A DNA stretch of 64,000 nt from an uncultured archaeon (GCA_963782915.1 CAWALK010000015.1:64001-128000), one strand, 5' to 3'. Positions 1-11,475 are shown, counted from the first letter of the stretch. Notes: generated by a model not told the origin, from the sequence alone. Translations and numbers: made by a program.

Positions 1-453
1 GAATCCGAAAGGAAACGCTCCGAAGATTACCTGACTAGGCTAAAGTATATGCAAGCAGACTTCGAAAACATCAAAAAACGCTTCGAAAGAGATACCGAAC
101 AAATCAGAAGCTACTGCAGCGAACGCATCGTAACACAACTACTGGATGTCGTTGACGAGTTGGAGTTAGCAATCAAAGTTGCCAAATCAGCCGATGCCCC
201 ACAGGCAACGCTCATCGAGGGTGTAGAGATGACTCTAAAGAAGCTTCGAAAGGTTCTTGAGCAAGAAGGCGTTTCACCAATAGAGTGCACAGTAGGCAAG
301 GTTTTTGACCCCCGCTGCCATGACGCAATCGCCGCTGAAACCCGCGACGACATAGCGGAATGCACTGTTATTGAGGAAATCCGCAAGGGCTACCTTTTGC
401 GGGATAAAGTTCTGCGCCCAACCATTGTACGGGTAGCTAAACCATCAAAGTAA
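1..453 (+). CDS. grpE: Nucleotide exchange factor GrpE (5'-partial)
   Basis: Frame open from base 1; QADFENIKKR, FDPRCHDAI and GYLLRDKVLRPTIVRVAK motifs; directly upstream of dnaK. Confidence 0.95.
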   Translation, partial: ESERKRSEDYLTRLKYMQADFENIKKRFERDTEQIRSYCSERIVTQLLDVVDELELAIKVAKSADAPQATLIEGVEMTLKKLRKVLEQEGVSPIECTVGKVFDPRCHDAIAAETRDDIAECTVIEEIRKGYLLRDKVLRPTIVRVAKPSK

Positions 454-498
454 CAAAAACAAAAAATTGAAAATAACAAAAATAGGAGAAAAAAATAA

Positions 499-2401
499 AT
501 GAGCAACCAAAAACCAAACCAAAAAATCTTAGGAATTGACTTAGGAACAACCAATTCAGCCGCAGCCATCTATGAGGGGGGACATGCAACTGTTATCCCC
601 AGCGCCGAAGGACCAACAATGGCGGGCAAAATGTTCCCATCCGTAGTAGCCTTCACAAAAGACGGCCAACTCCTGGTCGGTGAATCTGCGAAGCGCCAGG
701 CCACCACCAACCCAGAGGGCACCGTGTTTGAGATCAAACGCAAGATGGGCAGCGACTACAAAGTTAACATCTACGGCAAAGAATACAGCCCACAGCAAAT
801 TTCAGCGTTCATACTGCAAAAAATCAAGAAAGACGCCGAAAGCTACCTTGGCGGCACCCTAAACCAAGCCGTAATCACTGTACCAGCTCACTTCAACGAC
901 AACCAACGTCAAGCCACCAAAGATGCAGGCGAAATCGCAGGGTTCCAAGTGATGCGTATCATCAACGAACCCACGGCAGCCTGCCTCGCATACGGCATCG
1001 ACAAGCTCCAGCAAGAAATGAAAATCTTGGTTTTCAGTTTCGGAGGCGGCACCCACGATGTCACATTAATGGACTTCGGCAAAGGCGTCTTCGAAGTGCT
1101 CTCCACAAGCGGCGATACTCAACTAGGCGGAACAGACGTTGACAAAGCAGTCATGACCTACATACTCGACGAATTCAAACGCCAAACAGGCGTAGACGTA
1201 TCAAACGACCGCATGGCCATGTCACGATTAAAAGATGCAGCAGAAAAAGCCAAAATCGAACTCTCAACACTCATGAACACAGACATCGACCTACCCTTCC
1301 TAACCGCAGACGCCTCAGGACCCAAACACCTACGCCTATCACTCACCAGAACAAAACTTGAATCACTCGCACAACCCATCGTTGAACGCACACAACCCAC
1401 ACTGCTAAAAGCACTTGGAAGACGCAAAACTCACCCCACAACAAGTCGACAAAATCATCCTAATCGGCGGCATGACCCGTATGCCCCTCGTGCAACGCTT
1501 CGTAGAGCAAATCTTGGGCAAGGCACCTGAACGCGGAATCGACCCCATGGAATCCGTCGCAATCGGAGCAGCCATCCAAGCAGCAGTCGTAACAGGCGAA
1601 GTCAAAGACCTACTACTCCTCGACGTAACCCCACTGAGCTTAGGCGTTGAAACAATGGGCGGCGTCATGACCAAAGTCATGGACAAAAACACCACCATAC
1701 CCACCAAACGCAGCCAAGTCTTTAGCACAGCCGCAGACTTCCAAACAGCAGTCACCATACATGTCCTACAAGGCGAACGCGCCATGGCAGCAGACAACGT
1801 CTCACTGGGCGAATTCAACCTCGTAGACCTACCACCAGCACCCAGAGGCATCCCACAAATCGAAGTAACCTTTGACATAGACGCAAACGGCATCCTAAAC
1901 GTCTCAGCTAAAGACCGCGGAACAGGCAAACTATCAAAAATCACCATCACAGCCTCAACCAAACTCAGCAAAGAAGAAAAAGAGCGCTTAATCAAAGACG
2001 CAGAACAATTCCAAGAGCAAGACCGCAAAAAGAAGGAAGAAGCAGAAACCCGCAACACCGCAGACAGCCTCGTCTACACAGCCGAACGCACCAAAACCGA
2101 TTTAGCAGGCAAAATCAGCCCTGAGGAAGTCGCTAAAGTTGACGCAGCAGTAACCGAACTCAAAAACGCCCTGGCAAGCAACGACATGGCAGCAGTGAAA
2201 GCCAAATCCGATGTACTGCAGAAGGTTCTACAGGAAGTCGGAACTAAAGTCTATCAGCAAGCAGCAGCCGAAGCCGCAAAACAGCAACAAGCACAAGGCC
2301 AAGCGGGACCACAGCCAGGCGCAGGACAAGGCCCAGAACCACAACAGGCACCAGGCGCTGGACCTGAAGTCGTCGACTCAGAAGATTACAAAGTAAAGTA
2401 A
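499..2401 (+). CDS. dnaK: Chaperone DnaK/Hsp70, one apparent +1 frameshift near 1415
   Basis: [44 protein letters not shown] and [18 protein letters not shown]; ORFs 499..1530 and 1415..2401 join into a full-length protein. Confidence 0.97.
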
Positions 2402-2453
2402 GGGCACAAACACCTTTTTCTTCTGCCCTTTTTTTGGGCAACGTTTTTTTATT
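2401..2453 (+). terminator. Hairpin plus T-tracts after dnaK
   Basis: agggca...tgccct stem followed by T7 runs. Confidence 0.55.
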
Positions 2454-2632
2454 TTCTCACAGAATAATATCAAAGTTTCAAGCAATGATTTTGCCTTCTC
2501 CTTTTGCAGTCATTAAAATGCCTGTTTTTTGCCATCATCTATTCTATTGCATTAATCGTTTTGGTTTCACTTGTTATGACTCATAATGGTTATAACATTG
2601 TTGACCATAACAGGTGTTAGGGCTATCTGACT

Positions 2633-4478
2633 ATGGGAAGCGAGAAGATTGCATCTACAGTTGATCCTATACACGTTTTACATGTAGACGACGATCAGTC
2701 CCTACTTGAAGTATCAAAACAGATACTACTATCCATGAACAGTAACTTTGTCGTTGAATCCTCAACATGTGTAGAAGAAGCACTCGCTTTACTCGCAGCC
2801 AACGGCTATGATGTTATTGTATCCGATTATGAGATGCCCCAAAAAAACGGATTAGATTTCCTAAAAATACTAAAACAACAAAAAAGCAGCATACCCTTCA
2901 TTCTATTCACGGGAAAAGGCCGAGAAGAAGTAGCCATACAAGCCCTCAACTTAGGCGCAGACGGCTACTACAACAAACAGGGCTCCCCCGAAACCGTCTA
3001 CGGCGAACTAATCCATGGCATCGAAACCCTCCATGAGAAAAGACGAATCCAACATGCACTTGAAGAAACGGAAAAACGCTACAGCGCCCTCATGGAACAG
3101 GCAACAGATGCTATTTTTATCCATGATTCCAAAGGCAAAATCATCGATGTTAACCAGCGTGTCTGCAAAAGCCTTGGGTACTCCAAAGAAAAAGTTCTTT
3201 CAATGAATATAGGCGATATTGATAATAACGCAACTGAAACCGAAAAAGGGGTTATTTGGGATAAAGTTTTATCGGGTGAAACTTTCACTTTTGAGAGCAC
3301 CAACAAACGCAGGGACGGTAGCGTCGTTCCAGTCGAGGTATCGCTTGGACCCATAAAAATTGGCAAAGACCTCTTAGTCATGGGATTAGTGAGAGATATT
3401 ACCAATCGCAAGAACATTGAGAAGTCACTTAAAGAAAGCCAAAGACGATATCAAGATATTATAGAGAATACTGGCGAATTCATCTGGGAAATGGATTCTC
3501 AGGGTCGTTATACTTATTGTAGTCCTCAAATGGAGGAACTCTGGGGAATAAAACCTGAGCTTATGATTGGAAAAACTCCCTTTGATGTTATGCCTCCTGA
3601 GTATAGAGAGATGGCACTGCAAGGGTTCTTAAGCTTTGGGCAGTCACCTCAACGCTTTTAGGAATTTAGAATCAATCGCTTATGATAATCAAGGACAACC
3701 TATTACTATTGAAATAAACGGTCGCCCCTTTTTTGACGACCAAGGAGCCCTTCTTGGATTCCGCGGCGTTACACGCGATATCACCGAACGCAAGAAAAAC
3801 GAAGAAAAACAAAAACTCAACTGCACAAAAACGCAACAAGCTAACGAAAAATTACAAGTAGTCGGCGGCTTAACACGCCATGACATAACAAACAAACTCT
3901 CAAGCATAAAAATCCAAACATACTTAATTAAAAAGAAATTTGGCGATAACCCCGAATTAGTCAAAGCCATAGAGGGAATAGAATTAGCTGTGGAGCAATC
4001 CAACAAGCTTTTCGAGTTTAGCAGCCTCTATGAACGAATCGGCGTTGAAGAATTAACCCAAATAGATGTTGGGGACTGTTTCGATCAAGCAAAGGCTCTG
4101 ATGCCTGTTTTATCAGTGGAAATCATCAATAATTGCCGAGGGTTAGCTGTTTTGGCGGATTCTTTGCTGCGCCAAGTCTTCTATAACTTGATTGATAACT
4201 CGCTTAAACATGGAAGCAAAGTAACGCGAATTCAATTGGATTATCGGCAAAATGGCTCCGCTCTTTATCTGATTTATACTGATAACGGCGTAGGTGTTAC
4301 CCAAGGGGATAAGGATAAAATTTTCGAAAACGGATTTGGCCCAAACGGAGCCACCAATCATGGGCTTCAGCTAGTCAAGAAAATGATTGAGGCATATGGC
4401 TGGTCAATTAAAGAGGCAGGTACCCCTGGTTTGGGCGCTAGTTTTGAGATTGTAATTCGAAAAAGCCGTAGTAATTAA
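2633..4478 (+). CDS. REC-PAS-PAS-histidine kinase hybrid, frameshift near 3655
   Basis: VLHVDDD, SDYEMP and FTGKGREE receiver; two PAS domains; RHDITNKL H-box; NLIDNSLKH and DNGVG ATPase boxes. Confidence 0.88.
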
Positions 4479-4598
4479 TTATAGCTGTAGGATTTGTTTG
4501 AGAATTGGATTTTTAGCAACTGTGGCAAAATACTGCCGTCTGAACGTGGCTTGATTTTTTCAAAAAAGAAAGAGAGAGGGGAAAGAATAGGTTAGTTT

Positions 4599-5285
4599 TT
4601 AGACGGTTGTTGGTGGTGGGGGTGGTGACACAGCGGTGGCTGGTGGGGTGGGTTTGAGTTGGAAGAAGGCAATAGCTAACAGTAGCGCTGCTATCCACAT
4701 GAGAATCGCGCCGAGGCCGAATGCGATGATTAAGACTGCACCTATGAGTAAGAGTAAACCTGCAGTGCTGAATAAGCCAATGTTTGATTTGAGTGCGACT
4801 TGTTTTAGCGAACGTCTAATGAAGAATGATGCGATTACGGCGAAAATCCAGACTATGACAAGAATGATGAGAAGTGCTATGATGACACTTGCGATTAGGG
4901 GAATTAGGTCTTGGGGGTTTAGGTTGCTTGTGTCGGGTGTGACTCCTGATAATCCAGAAAGGGACGACCAGTCGCCGTTCCAGCTGGGATAGATGGTTTG
5001 GATGAATGTTTTTATGTTTGACACGTTTGCTATGATTGTAATAACGGCTATGCCTACTGCAAGGATGCCTCCGACTATAGCTGTTATGAAGCCGTAGAGT
5101 GCATTTCTAAAGATGCTTCTGTCACTGTAATAGTTGCTTAAGCCATATAGAGCAACTAACACTAGTATTACTCCTATTATGTCTAAGATGCCAATGTATG
5201 GGACGCTGAGAAATGATGCTATGACGCCGATGAAGATCAGTAGTGCGCCTATGCCGCCTAAGTTTTTGCTTGTTTCGAAGTTCAT
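4599..5285 (-). CDS. DUF996-like membrane protein
   Basis: MNFETSKNLGGIGALLIFIG start, several TM helices and a Pro-rich tail; start refined to ATG 5285. Confidence 0.75.
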   Translation of the reverse strand: MNFETSKNLGGIGALLIFIGVIASFLSVPYIGILDIIGVILVLVALYGLSNYYSDRSIFRNALYGFITAIVGGILAVGIAVITIIANVSNIKTFIQTIYPSWNGDWSSLSGLSGVTPDTSNLNPQDLIPLIASVIIALLIILVIVWIFAVIASFFIRRSLKQVALKSNIGLFSTAGLLLLIGAVLIIAFGLGAILMWIAALLLAIAFFQLKPTPPATAVSPPPPPTTV

Positions 5286-5412
5286 TTTGTTTTTCCTCTG
5301 AAATTTTGTCAGGATTCTAAAGATAAAAGCTTTTGCATGCCTGTTCATAGCCAAGGCAAAATTCAACATACAAATAAGCGAAAAACAGAAATTAAGGGCA
5401 CCAAAAGAGGGC

Positions 5413-5742
5413 TTAAGTGGAAGTGTTGCCGCCGTCTAGTTGGCCCTGCAGAATGCTGTAGTAAGTCCGCAGATATGTTTGGCCATCTGATGTTATTGTA
5501 TACACTTTGCGTGCGCGTCCGTCTTTTTGTTGTTTTTTGCTTTCGACGAAGCCTTTTTCTTCGAGGCTGTTTAATGTTGGGTAGAGGGCTCCGTGGCGGA
5601 TTTTTATCTGGAAATCTGTTTCTACTTGTTTTTTTATTTTGTAGCCCCATGTTGGTTCTGTTTGGATGATGCGGAGCAGCTGGATGTCGAGTAGGTTTCT
5701 GATTATGTGTTGTACAATTTCTTTTTTGTAGTTTTCTGACAT
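5413..5742 (-). CDS. PadR family transcriptional regulator
   Basis: WGYKI, GALYPTLNSLEEKGFV and RARKVYTITSDG. Confidence 0.9.
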   Translation of the reverse strand: MSENYKKEIVQHIIRNLLDIQLLRIIQTEPTWGYKIKKQVETDFQIKIRHGALYPTLNSLEEKGFVESKKQQKDGRARKVYTITSDGQTYLRTYYSILQGQLDGGNTST

Positions 5743-5900
5743 TTAATCGTCCTTTTTGGGGCTTTGTTGATGTAGTGGTGATGTTGGATTAATTTAGCTT
5801 ATGTTGATTTTGGGGGTGAGGGGTTGGTTGGTTATGTTTTGATATGCTTGGGGTATGTAACAGGCTTTATATCGCTCTGTATTGTAGATACATATTCAAG

Positions 5901-5937
5901 ATATGTCCGAAGGAGGACATATTGTACATCTGTACAA
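5901..5937. promoter_or_regulatory. Two adjacent palindromes, candidate PadR operators
   Basis: ATATGTCC-N6-GGACATAT (5901-5922) and TTGTACA-N2-TGTACAA (5922-5937) between divergent padR genes. Confidence 0.45.
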
Positions 5938-5964
5938 CACAAATACACAACGAGGAAAAGAAAA

Positions 5965-6366
5965 ATGTTCAAAGCCAGCTCACAAAAAGAGGTCTCAACC
6001 AAACTAATGAAAGGCCTACTAGACATGATCATACTCCAATTCCTCAACGGCGAACCAATGCACGGCTACCAAATCATCACAAAAATCCGCAAAAACTTCG
6101 GCGTCTACTTCGGACCCAGCACCATCTACCCACTCCTAGGCAGCCTAGAAAAGAAAGGCTACGTAAACAGCACCTGGAACATGAAATCCGAACGCCCACG
6201 CAAAATCTACAGCCTAACCCAAGACGGACAAAGCATGCTAAACTTCACAGAAGAATCCCTAAGCCTCATCTGCAGAAAAATAACCATCGTCAACCCAGAA
6301 ACAGAACCAACAGTCGGCATCATCGCCCACAAAAGCACAAGCCACCTCACAATCTCAGTCCCCTAA
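5965..6366 (+). CDS. PadR family transcriptional regulator
   Basis: MHGYQII, PSTIYPLLGSLEKKGYV and RPRKIYSLTQDG; ATG 5965 follows a GAGG-like RBS. Confidence 0.9.
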   Translation: MFKASSQKEVSTKLMKGLLDMIILQFLNGEPMHGYQIITKIRKNFGVYFGPSTIYPLLGSLEKKGYVNSTWNMKSERPRKIYSLTQDGQSMLNFTEESLSLICRKITIVNPETEPTVGIIAHKSTSHLTISVP

Positions 6367-6614
6367 ATACTGGCAAGATTTCTTTGCCGCTTGCCAGAGC
6401 AAACTAATCACCTTACCCCGGTGGACCCAAAACCACCCTTCCAACATAATCCTGTTTTAAATACCCCAACACCCAATCACTATTAACGTAATATAAGAGG
6501 GGTAAATTAGCCATAAAATCAGCAAACAGCCTCGAAAACGACGACATAAACAGCCAGATAGTAGAGTTTTGTAGGCATGTTGCTGGTCAATGCAAAATCG
6601 CTGCCATCGCCCAA

Positions 6615-8213
6615 GTGGATGATTACTCACAGAAACCCGGCAACGACCGCGTAATCCAAGAGGTTATGCTGGTTATTCATGATTTTCAACCTCGTCTCAT
6701 GAGCTATTTAAAATCGGTTAAAAACAAAACAGTCTTTGTTTTCGCGGTGGATCAATGGGTTTTCGAGCGAGACATCGACCGCGGCTTGTTGGGTGAAGCC
6801 ATCGCGAGTAAACTTATCTTTCCCTACCATGCCCTGCAAGGCGAAGCATACCTGCATGAGCGGGAACTGGAGCTTAAGCAACGCTTAGTCTTGGAGTTGC
6901 TTGAGAACATAGTTGTCAACTTTCCAGAGCTTGCTAACCGCATTCAGATTTTGCCGCAGTATTTCATGTATGAAGTGTTTTCTAATCGCATCAGGGTTTT
7001 TCCGTTGCTCGCCTATGATGTAGCTGACTTAACCAGGGGGTTAATGCAGAATGAACCGCAGGCGCTCGAAGGCTACTTGATGGCGCTCAAACGGTTGGAA
7101 GCACAGGGAAAAATTACCCAACAAAACGGCTACGTCTATGTTACAAAAAAGTTTATCATGCAATGCCAAGACCCCAAACTCCGCATCATCAACCTCGCAA
7201 AAAACGCGCCCCGAACGCTGTTCACCTCAATCTTCGGAACCATCCCCCAACTGATGAGCATCGTTACACAGAACGCCGAAGCGTTCTTGCGAACCCAAAA
7301 AATCAATTGGTTACACCAATCCGACCAAACTAGCCGCTTTGTCGATTCCCAAAAATACGTGTTCTTCCAAACTGGGGAGGGGTTGGTTTCGTTATCCGAC
7401 AAAATCGACATCAAAGGCTACACGCAGCGGATGCTGCTCAAGGATGCAGATGTGGAAGTGGAAGTGGAGCCAATCGGCGGCATGTTAAACGACGTGTACT
7501 TAATCCGTGCCGGGGAGCGTAAAGTGTTGGCTAAGCGGTTTAAGGATTGGTCTGGGTTTAAGTGGTTCCCGTTGACGTTGTGGTCTTTTGGGGCACGTTC
7601 ATTTGCTGTTTCGGGGCAAGCACGGCTCGCCAAAGAATGCGCGATTAGTGAGGTTTTGCATAGTGAAGGCTTCAACGTGCCAAAAATCCTCCATGTCAGC
7701 AACGCCCAACGCATTGTATTTATGGAGTTTATCGAGGGCAAGAGTTTGGCTAAAATAATCAAAGACTACTCCACCACGACGGATGAGTCCGTGGATGCTG
7801 AAGTGTTGGGCACGGTTGGCCGTGTCGGGGAAACCCTCGCAAAAGCCCACGGACACAACGTTGCCCTAGGCGATACCAAACCCGACAACGTCCTAATCCA
7901 AGCCGACGGCACCATATTCCTCATCGACTTCGAACAAGCCCAGCAAGGCGGCGACAAAGCATGGGACATCGCTGTTTTCCTCTATTACTGCGGCCATTAC
8001 CTGCAGCCTTTTGACAGCAACACCAAAGCGGAATCGATTGCCATCGCATTCATCGAGGGGTATCTTCGGGGCGGCGGAAACATCGATGACGTGCGTAAGG
8101 CTGGGTTGCCTAAGTATACGCGGGTGTTTAGTATTTTTACGATGCCGGCGTTTGTAACTGCGATTTCTCATGTCTGCAAAAAAGCCGAAGCCACAAGGTT
8201 AGCGGTTGAGTAA
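6615..8213 (+). CDS. Protein with a C-terminal RIO/Bud32/Kdo-like kinase domain and a possibly degenerate N-terminal nucleotidyltransferase-like domain
   Basis: VLAKRF, VFMEFIEG, ALGDTKPDN and IDFE kinase motifs; frame stays open upstream to about 6492. Confidence 0.75.
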   Translation: MDDYSQKPGNDRVIQEVMLVIHDFQPRLMSYLKSVKNKTVFVFAVDQWVFERDIDRGLLGEAIASKLIFPYHALQGEAYLHERELELKQRLVLELLENIVVNFPELANRIQILPQYFMYEVFSNRIRVFPLLAYDVADLTRGLMQNEPQALEGYLMALKRLEAQGKITQQNGYVYVTKKFIMQCQDPKLRIINLAKNAPRTLFTSIFGTIPQLMSIVTQNAEAFLRTQKINWLHQSDQTSRFVDSQKYVFFQTGEGLVSLSDKIDIKGYTQRMLLKDADVEVEVEPIGGMLNDVYLIRAGERKVLAKRFKDWSGFKWFPLTLWSFGARSFAVSGQARLAKECAISEVLHSEGFNVPKILHVSNAQRIVFMEFIEGKSLAKIIKDYSTTTDESVDAEVLGTVGRVGETLAKAHGHNVALGDTKPDNVLIQADGTIFLIDFEQAQQGGDKAWDIAVFLYYCGHYLQPFDSNTKAESIAIAFIEGYLRGGGNIDDVRKAGLPKYTRVFSIFTMPAFVTAISHVCKKAEATRLAVE

Positions 8214-8254
8214 AAGTTATTTACCTAAAACCGGCTATAGTATTGTAGAGTTTT

Positions 8255-8537
8255 ATGACTGATTTTTATTACTACAAAGGGCTCTTACAGCGTCAAACTT
8301 TTAACGGAAGCCGAGGGCTACTGGATTGTTGAGGCACTGGAAGATTTTGATGATTACCTGGAAGGCGAACGAGTAAACGTTAAAGCCGGCGAGCAACGCA
8401 TCGTGCAGCCCAGTGAATTGCATAAAAAAAAGGTGCTTTCGCCGCCGATACCGGAGCATGTGTATGAGCGGCAATTGGAAAAGAAAGTTAAGCACATGGT
8501 TGAAGAATACGAACAAAAAACCAGCCCAAACCAGTAA
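8255..8537 (+). CDS. Small hypothetical protein (~93 aa), +1 frameshift near 8280; missed by the ORF track
   Basis: MTDFYYYK joins GSYSVKLLTEAEGYWIVEALEDFDD...TSPNQ* if one G of aaaggg is removed. Confidence 0.6.
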
Positions 8538-8604
8538 CGCCGACTTGTGGTTGCAGCCTATTAGCCACATACGTTAATGTGCCCTTGAACGGTTTGTTTT
8601 TAAG

Positions 8605-9033
8605 GTGAATTTTTTGTTAGGACAGAAATTATTTGAAGGCAAAGGCAAAGCCGGACCGAGTTTCTTAAAGAAAGTCAGTATGGAAGGAGTTAAGCAGATG
8701 TATGCTTGGACTGCGCAGGTAAAAGGCATGGGCCGAGCAGCAGGCACTGATTGCTTCCTCACTGTTACCGCAAAAGGCAATACGCCGCCAAAAGGGTTAG
8801 GCGTAGCAAAAGACATCGGCATCTTTAGGACCTCAACCGGCGAAATGGGTACAATCAAAGGTTATGACGTGGCTAAAATGATGGGCGCTAAACCGATGAG
8901 TGTGGGGTTGTGGACGTTTATGACTATGTCGGATAAGCTCATGTGGCTGAACGATGTGATTGCGATTGTTACTTTTGAGGGCGTTGATCCGATGTGGCAG
9001 GAATTCAACGTAGCAATCTATGAGTGGGCATAA
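8605..9033 (+). CDS. Hypothetical protein
   Basis: 142-aa ORF of protein-like composition followed by a T-rich tract. Confidence 0.7.
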   Translation: MNFLLGQKLFEGKGKAGPSFLKKVSMEGVKQMYAWTAQVKGMGRAAGTDCFLTVTAKGNTPPKGLGVAKDIGIFRTSTGEMGTIKGYDVAKMMGAKPMSVGLWTFMTMSDKLMWLNDVIAIVTFEGVDPMWQEFNVAIYEWA

Positions 9034-9143
9034 ACCACTTTTTCTTTAATCTGCAAGCCATACCTCTTCAATGTTCGTCAGTCAGAGCCTCAACCGTCTA
9101 GTGTAGAATAAAACTTCAAAAGCAAGCGACAGATTAACAAAGT

Positions 9144-9509
9144 GTGCACCATAAAAAAGCAGCTCTCTCCCTTGCTCTAAACGCGTTATGCTTAGCGCTT
9201 TGGGTAGGCATCACCATAGTTTCCCTGTCAATGAACACACCCATAGGCTACGTTATTAGCGCCGTATTTTTTGCGATTTCCTGCTATAGCGTCTACTATT
9301 TCTATCGGATATTGTGGCTCCATAACGGCGGACGTCCCCTCTCAGCGGAGAAAAAACAGAAAAGAGACCAATACCGAAAGCAAATGCGCAATTACCAGCG
9401 ATATAACCTCTACCACCGTTTATACCGCTTTGCTGATGCAACAGAGGATGAATATCAAGCCGAGAAAGCTAAAGAAAGATTAAAGAAGATACGCAGGTAT
9501 ACCATGTGA
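9144..9509 (+). CDS. Small membrane protein (two TM helices, charged tail)
   Basis: Hydrophobic N-terminal helices; tail has a homologous remnant at 26639-26742. Confidence 0.6.
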   Translation: MHHKKAALSLALNALCLALWVGITIVSLSMNTPIGYVISAVFFAISCYSVYYFYRILWLHNGGRPLSAEKKQKRDQYRKQMRNYQRYNLYHRLYRFADATEDEYQAEKAKERLKKIRRYTM

Positions 9510-9689
9510 TCGTACGCGGTTGCGGTGGCTCAGGCTTTTGCAGTTAGCTCAGGCACCGTATTCCGAGTAGTAAGCCTGTTAGTTAATTGTTTTAGGGGTG
9601 TAACTTTATGTTGGTTTTATTTGGGTTATAATTTCTTGAGAAGGTTTAAATCATTAATTATAATGCTGTTATGACAACAGGTTTTCATA

Positions 9690-11456
9690 ATGGCTTCAGT
9701 CCATCTTTCCTACACCAAAGAGCAACTGCAGGATAAGGTCGATTTCGATATTTCCAAAGTTCTCGACCTCCAAGCATTACAGGAAATGATGGATGAGTTC
9801 TTTAAGGTAACGAAAATAGGGTTTAGCCTAATAGACCTAAACGGAAACGTCTTGGTCGGAACAGGCTGGCAGGATATTTGTGTTGATTTTCACCGCAAAA
9901 ATCCCCAAACCTTGAAGAACTGTTTAGAAAGCGACCTTGAACTAACAAAGGGCGTAAAAGAGGGCGAGTACAGAGTATATAAGTGTAAAAACGGCTTAAT
10001 CGATACCGTCACGCCTCTTTTTATCGGCGGAATGCATGTCGCCAACATATTATCGGGGCAATTCCTCTTTAAAGGAGAAGGCGATGACATCGACAAATTC
10101 GCAGCCCAAGCCGAGAAATACGGTTTTGACAAGGAAGCGTATATTTGTGCATTTAAGACTGTTCCCCGCTGGGATAAGGGTCAAGTAGACGCCCTGCTGG
10201 TTTTCTACACAAAGTTAACTCATATGCTTTCTAAAAAGGGCCAAGCAAACCTGAGGTTATCTCAATTATTAGATGAGAAAGCGAAAGTGAAGAAAGAACT
10301 GGAAATGAGTCAGGCTGATTTAAAGCGTGCACAGGCAGTCGGGAAAATGGGTAATTGGCGGGTTTTAGTTGACGGCGGCTTATTCTGGTCCGATGAGACT
10401 TACCGAATTTTTGGCATTCCTAAAGAAACTAAACTGAGTTATGACATGTTTATTGAAGCGGTGTACCCTGAGGACCGTGAGTATGTTGATTGTGAATGGC
10501 AGGCTGCTCTGCGGGGGAAGCCGTATGATATTGAACATAGAATAGTGGCGAATGGCCGAATTGTTTGGGTCAGGGAGAAGGCAGAACTTGAATTTAAGGA
10601 TGGAAACTTGCTTGGCGGTTTTGGAACTGTACAGGATATAACAAAGCGAAAACAGGTTCAACTTAGGCTTCAAGAAAAGACCGCGGAATTGGAAAGTACC
10701 CAAAAGAAACTTGAAGAAAACGCTGTCTCCATTGAAGCGTACGCACATCAAATGGGGCATCTTGCCGACGAAAGATTAGAGAAACTAAAACAAGCAGAGC
10801 GTTTAGCAGTAATTGGGCAAACCGCAGGCATGGTTGGGCATGATATACGTAATCCCCTGCAGGCTATGATTAGTGACGTTTACTTGCTAAAAGATGAACT
10901 GTCATTGATGCCTCATTGTAAGACAAAAGAAGGCGTCGTTGAAAGTTTGGACAGTATAGAAGCAAATATCGGTTATATCAACAAAATCGTTGCTGACTTG
11001 CAAGATTACGCTCGGCCCCTAAAACCCCAATACGTTGATATCAATTTGTATGAGTTGGTCACAAACCTTTTCCGCAATATTATTTTGCCCACCAATATTG
11101 ACTGCTCAATAGATATCGCCCCCTCCTTTGAGTTAAAGTCCGATGACACGCTTGTAAAAAGAATCTTGACCAACATAATTATCAATGCTATTCAAGCAAT
11201 GCCAAACGGCGGAAAATTAACCATAAAAGGTTGTTTAACCGATGAAGCAGTATTAGTTGTTGTTAAAGACAGTGGGGTGGGAATTCCTGAACATGTTAAA
11301 CCAAAACTGTTTACCCCTATGCTAACAACAAAATCCAAAGGACAAGGTTTAGGTTTAGCTGTAGTCAAACGTTTAGTTGAAGCATTAAACGGCGCTATTA
11401 GCTTTGAAAGCCAAGAGGGTAAAGGAACCGAATTCACCATACAGCTACGCCGCTGA
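9690..11456 (+). CDS. PocR-PAS histidine kinase
   Basis: GWQDICVDFHR and YKCKNGLID PocR signature; PAS; GHDIRNPL; GQGLGL. Confidence 0.9.
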   Translation: MASVHLSYTKEQLQDKVDFDISKVLDLQALQEMMDEFFKVTKIGFSLIDLNGNVLVGTGWQDICVDFHRKNPQTLKNCLESDLELTKGVKEGEYRVYKCKNGLIDTVTPLFIGGMHVANILSGQFLFKGEGDDIDKFAAQAEKYGFDKEAYICAFKTVPRWDKGQVDALLVFYTKLTHMLSKKGQANLRLSQLLDEKAKVKKELEMSQADLKRAQAVGKMGNWRVLVDGGLFWSDETYRIFGIPKETKLSYDMFIEAVYPEDREYVDCEWQAALRGKPYDIEHRIVANGRIVWVREKAELEFKDGNLLGGFGTVQDITKRKQVQLRLQEKTAELESTQKKLEENAVSIEAYAHQMGHLADERLEKLKQAERLAVIGQTAGMVGHDIRNPLQAMISDVYLLKDELSLMPHCKTKEGVVESLDSIEANIGYINKIVADLQDYARPLKPQYVDINLYELVTNLFRNIILPTNIDCSIDIAPSFELKSDDTLVKRILTNIIINAIQAMPNGGKLTIKGCLTDEAVLVVVKDSGVGIPEHVKPKLFTPMLTTKSKGQGLGLAVVKRLVEALNGAISFESQEGKGTEFTIQLRR

Positions 11457-11475
11457 TTACTCAGAAGACTGTTCG

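Noticed and set aside
1405-1425. Programmed frameshifting in dnaK or the SPARTA genes
   Set aside because: No consistent slippery motif; indels are scattered over unrelated genes
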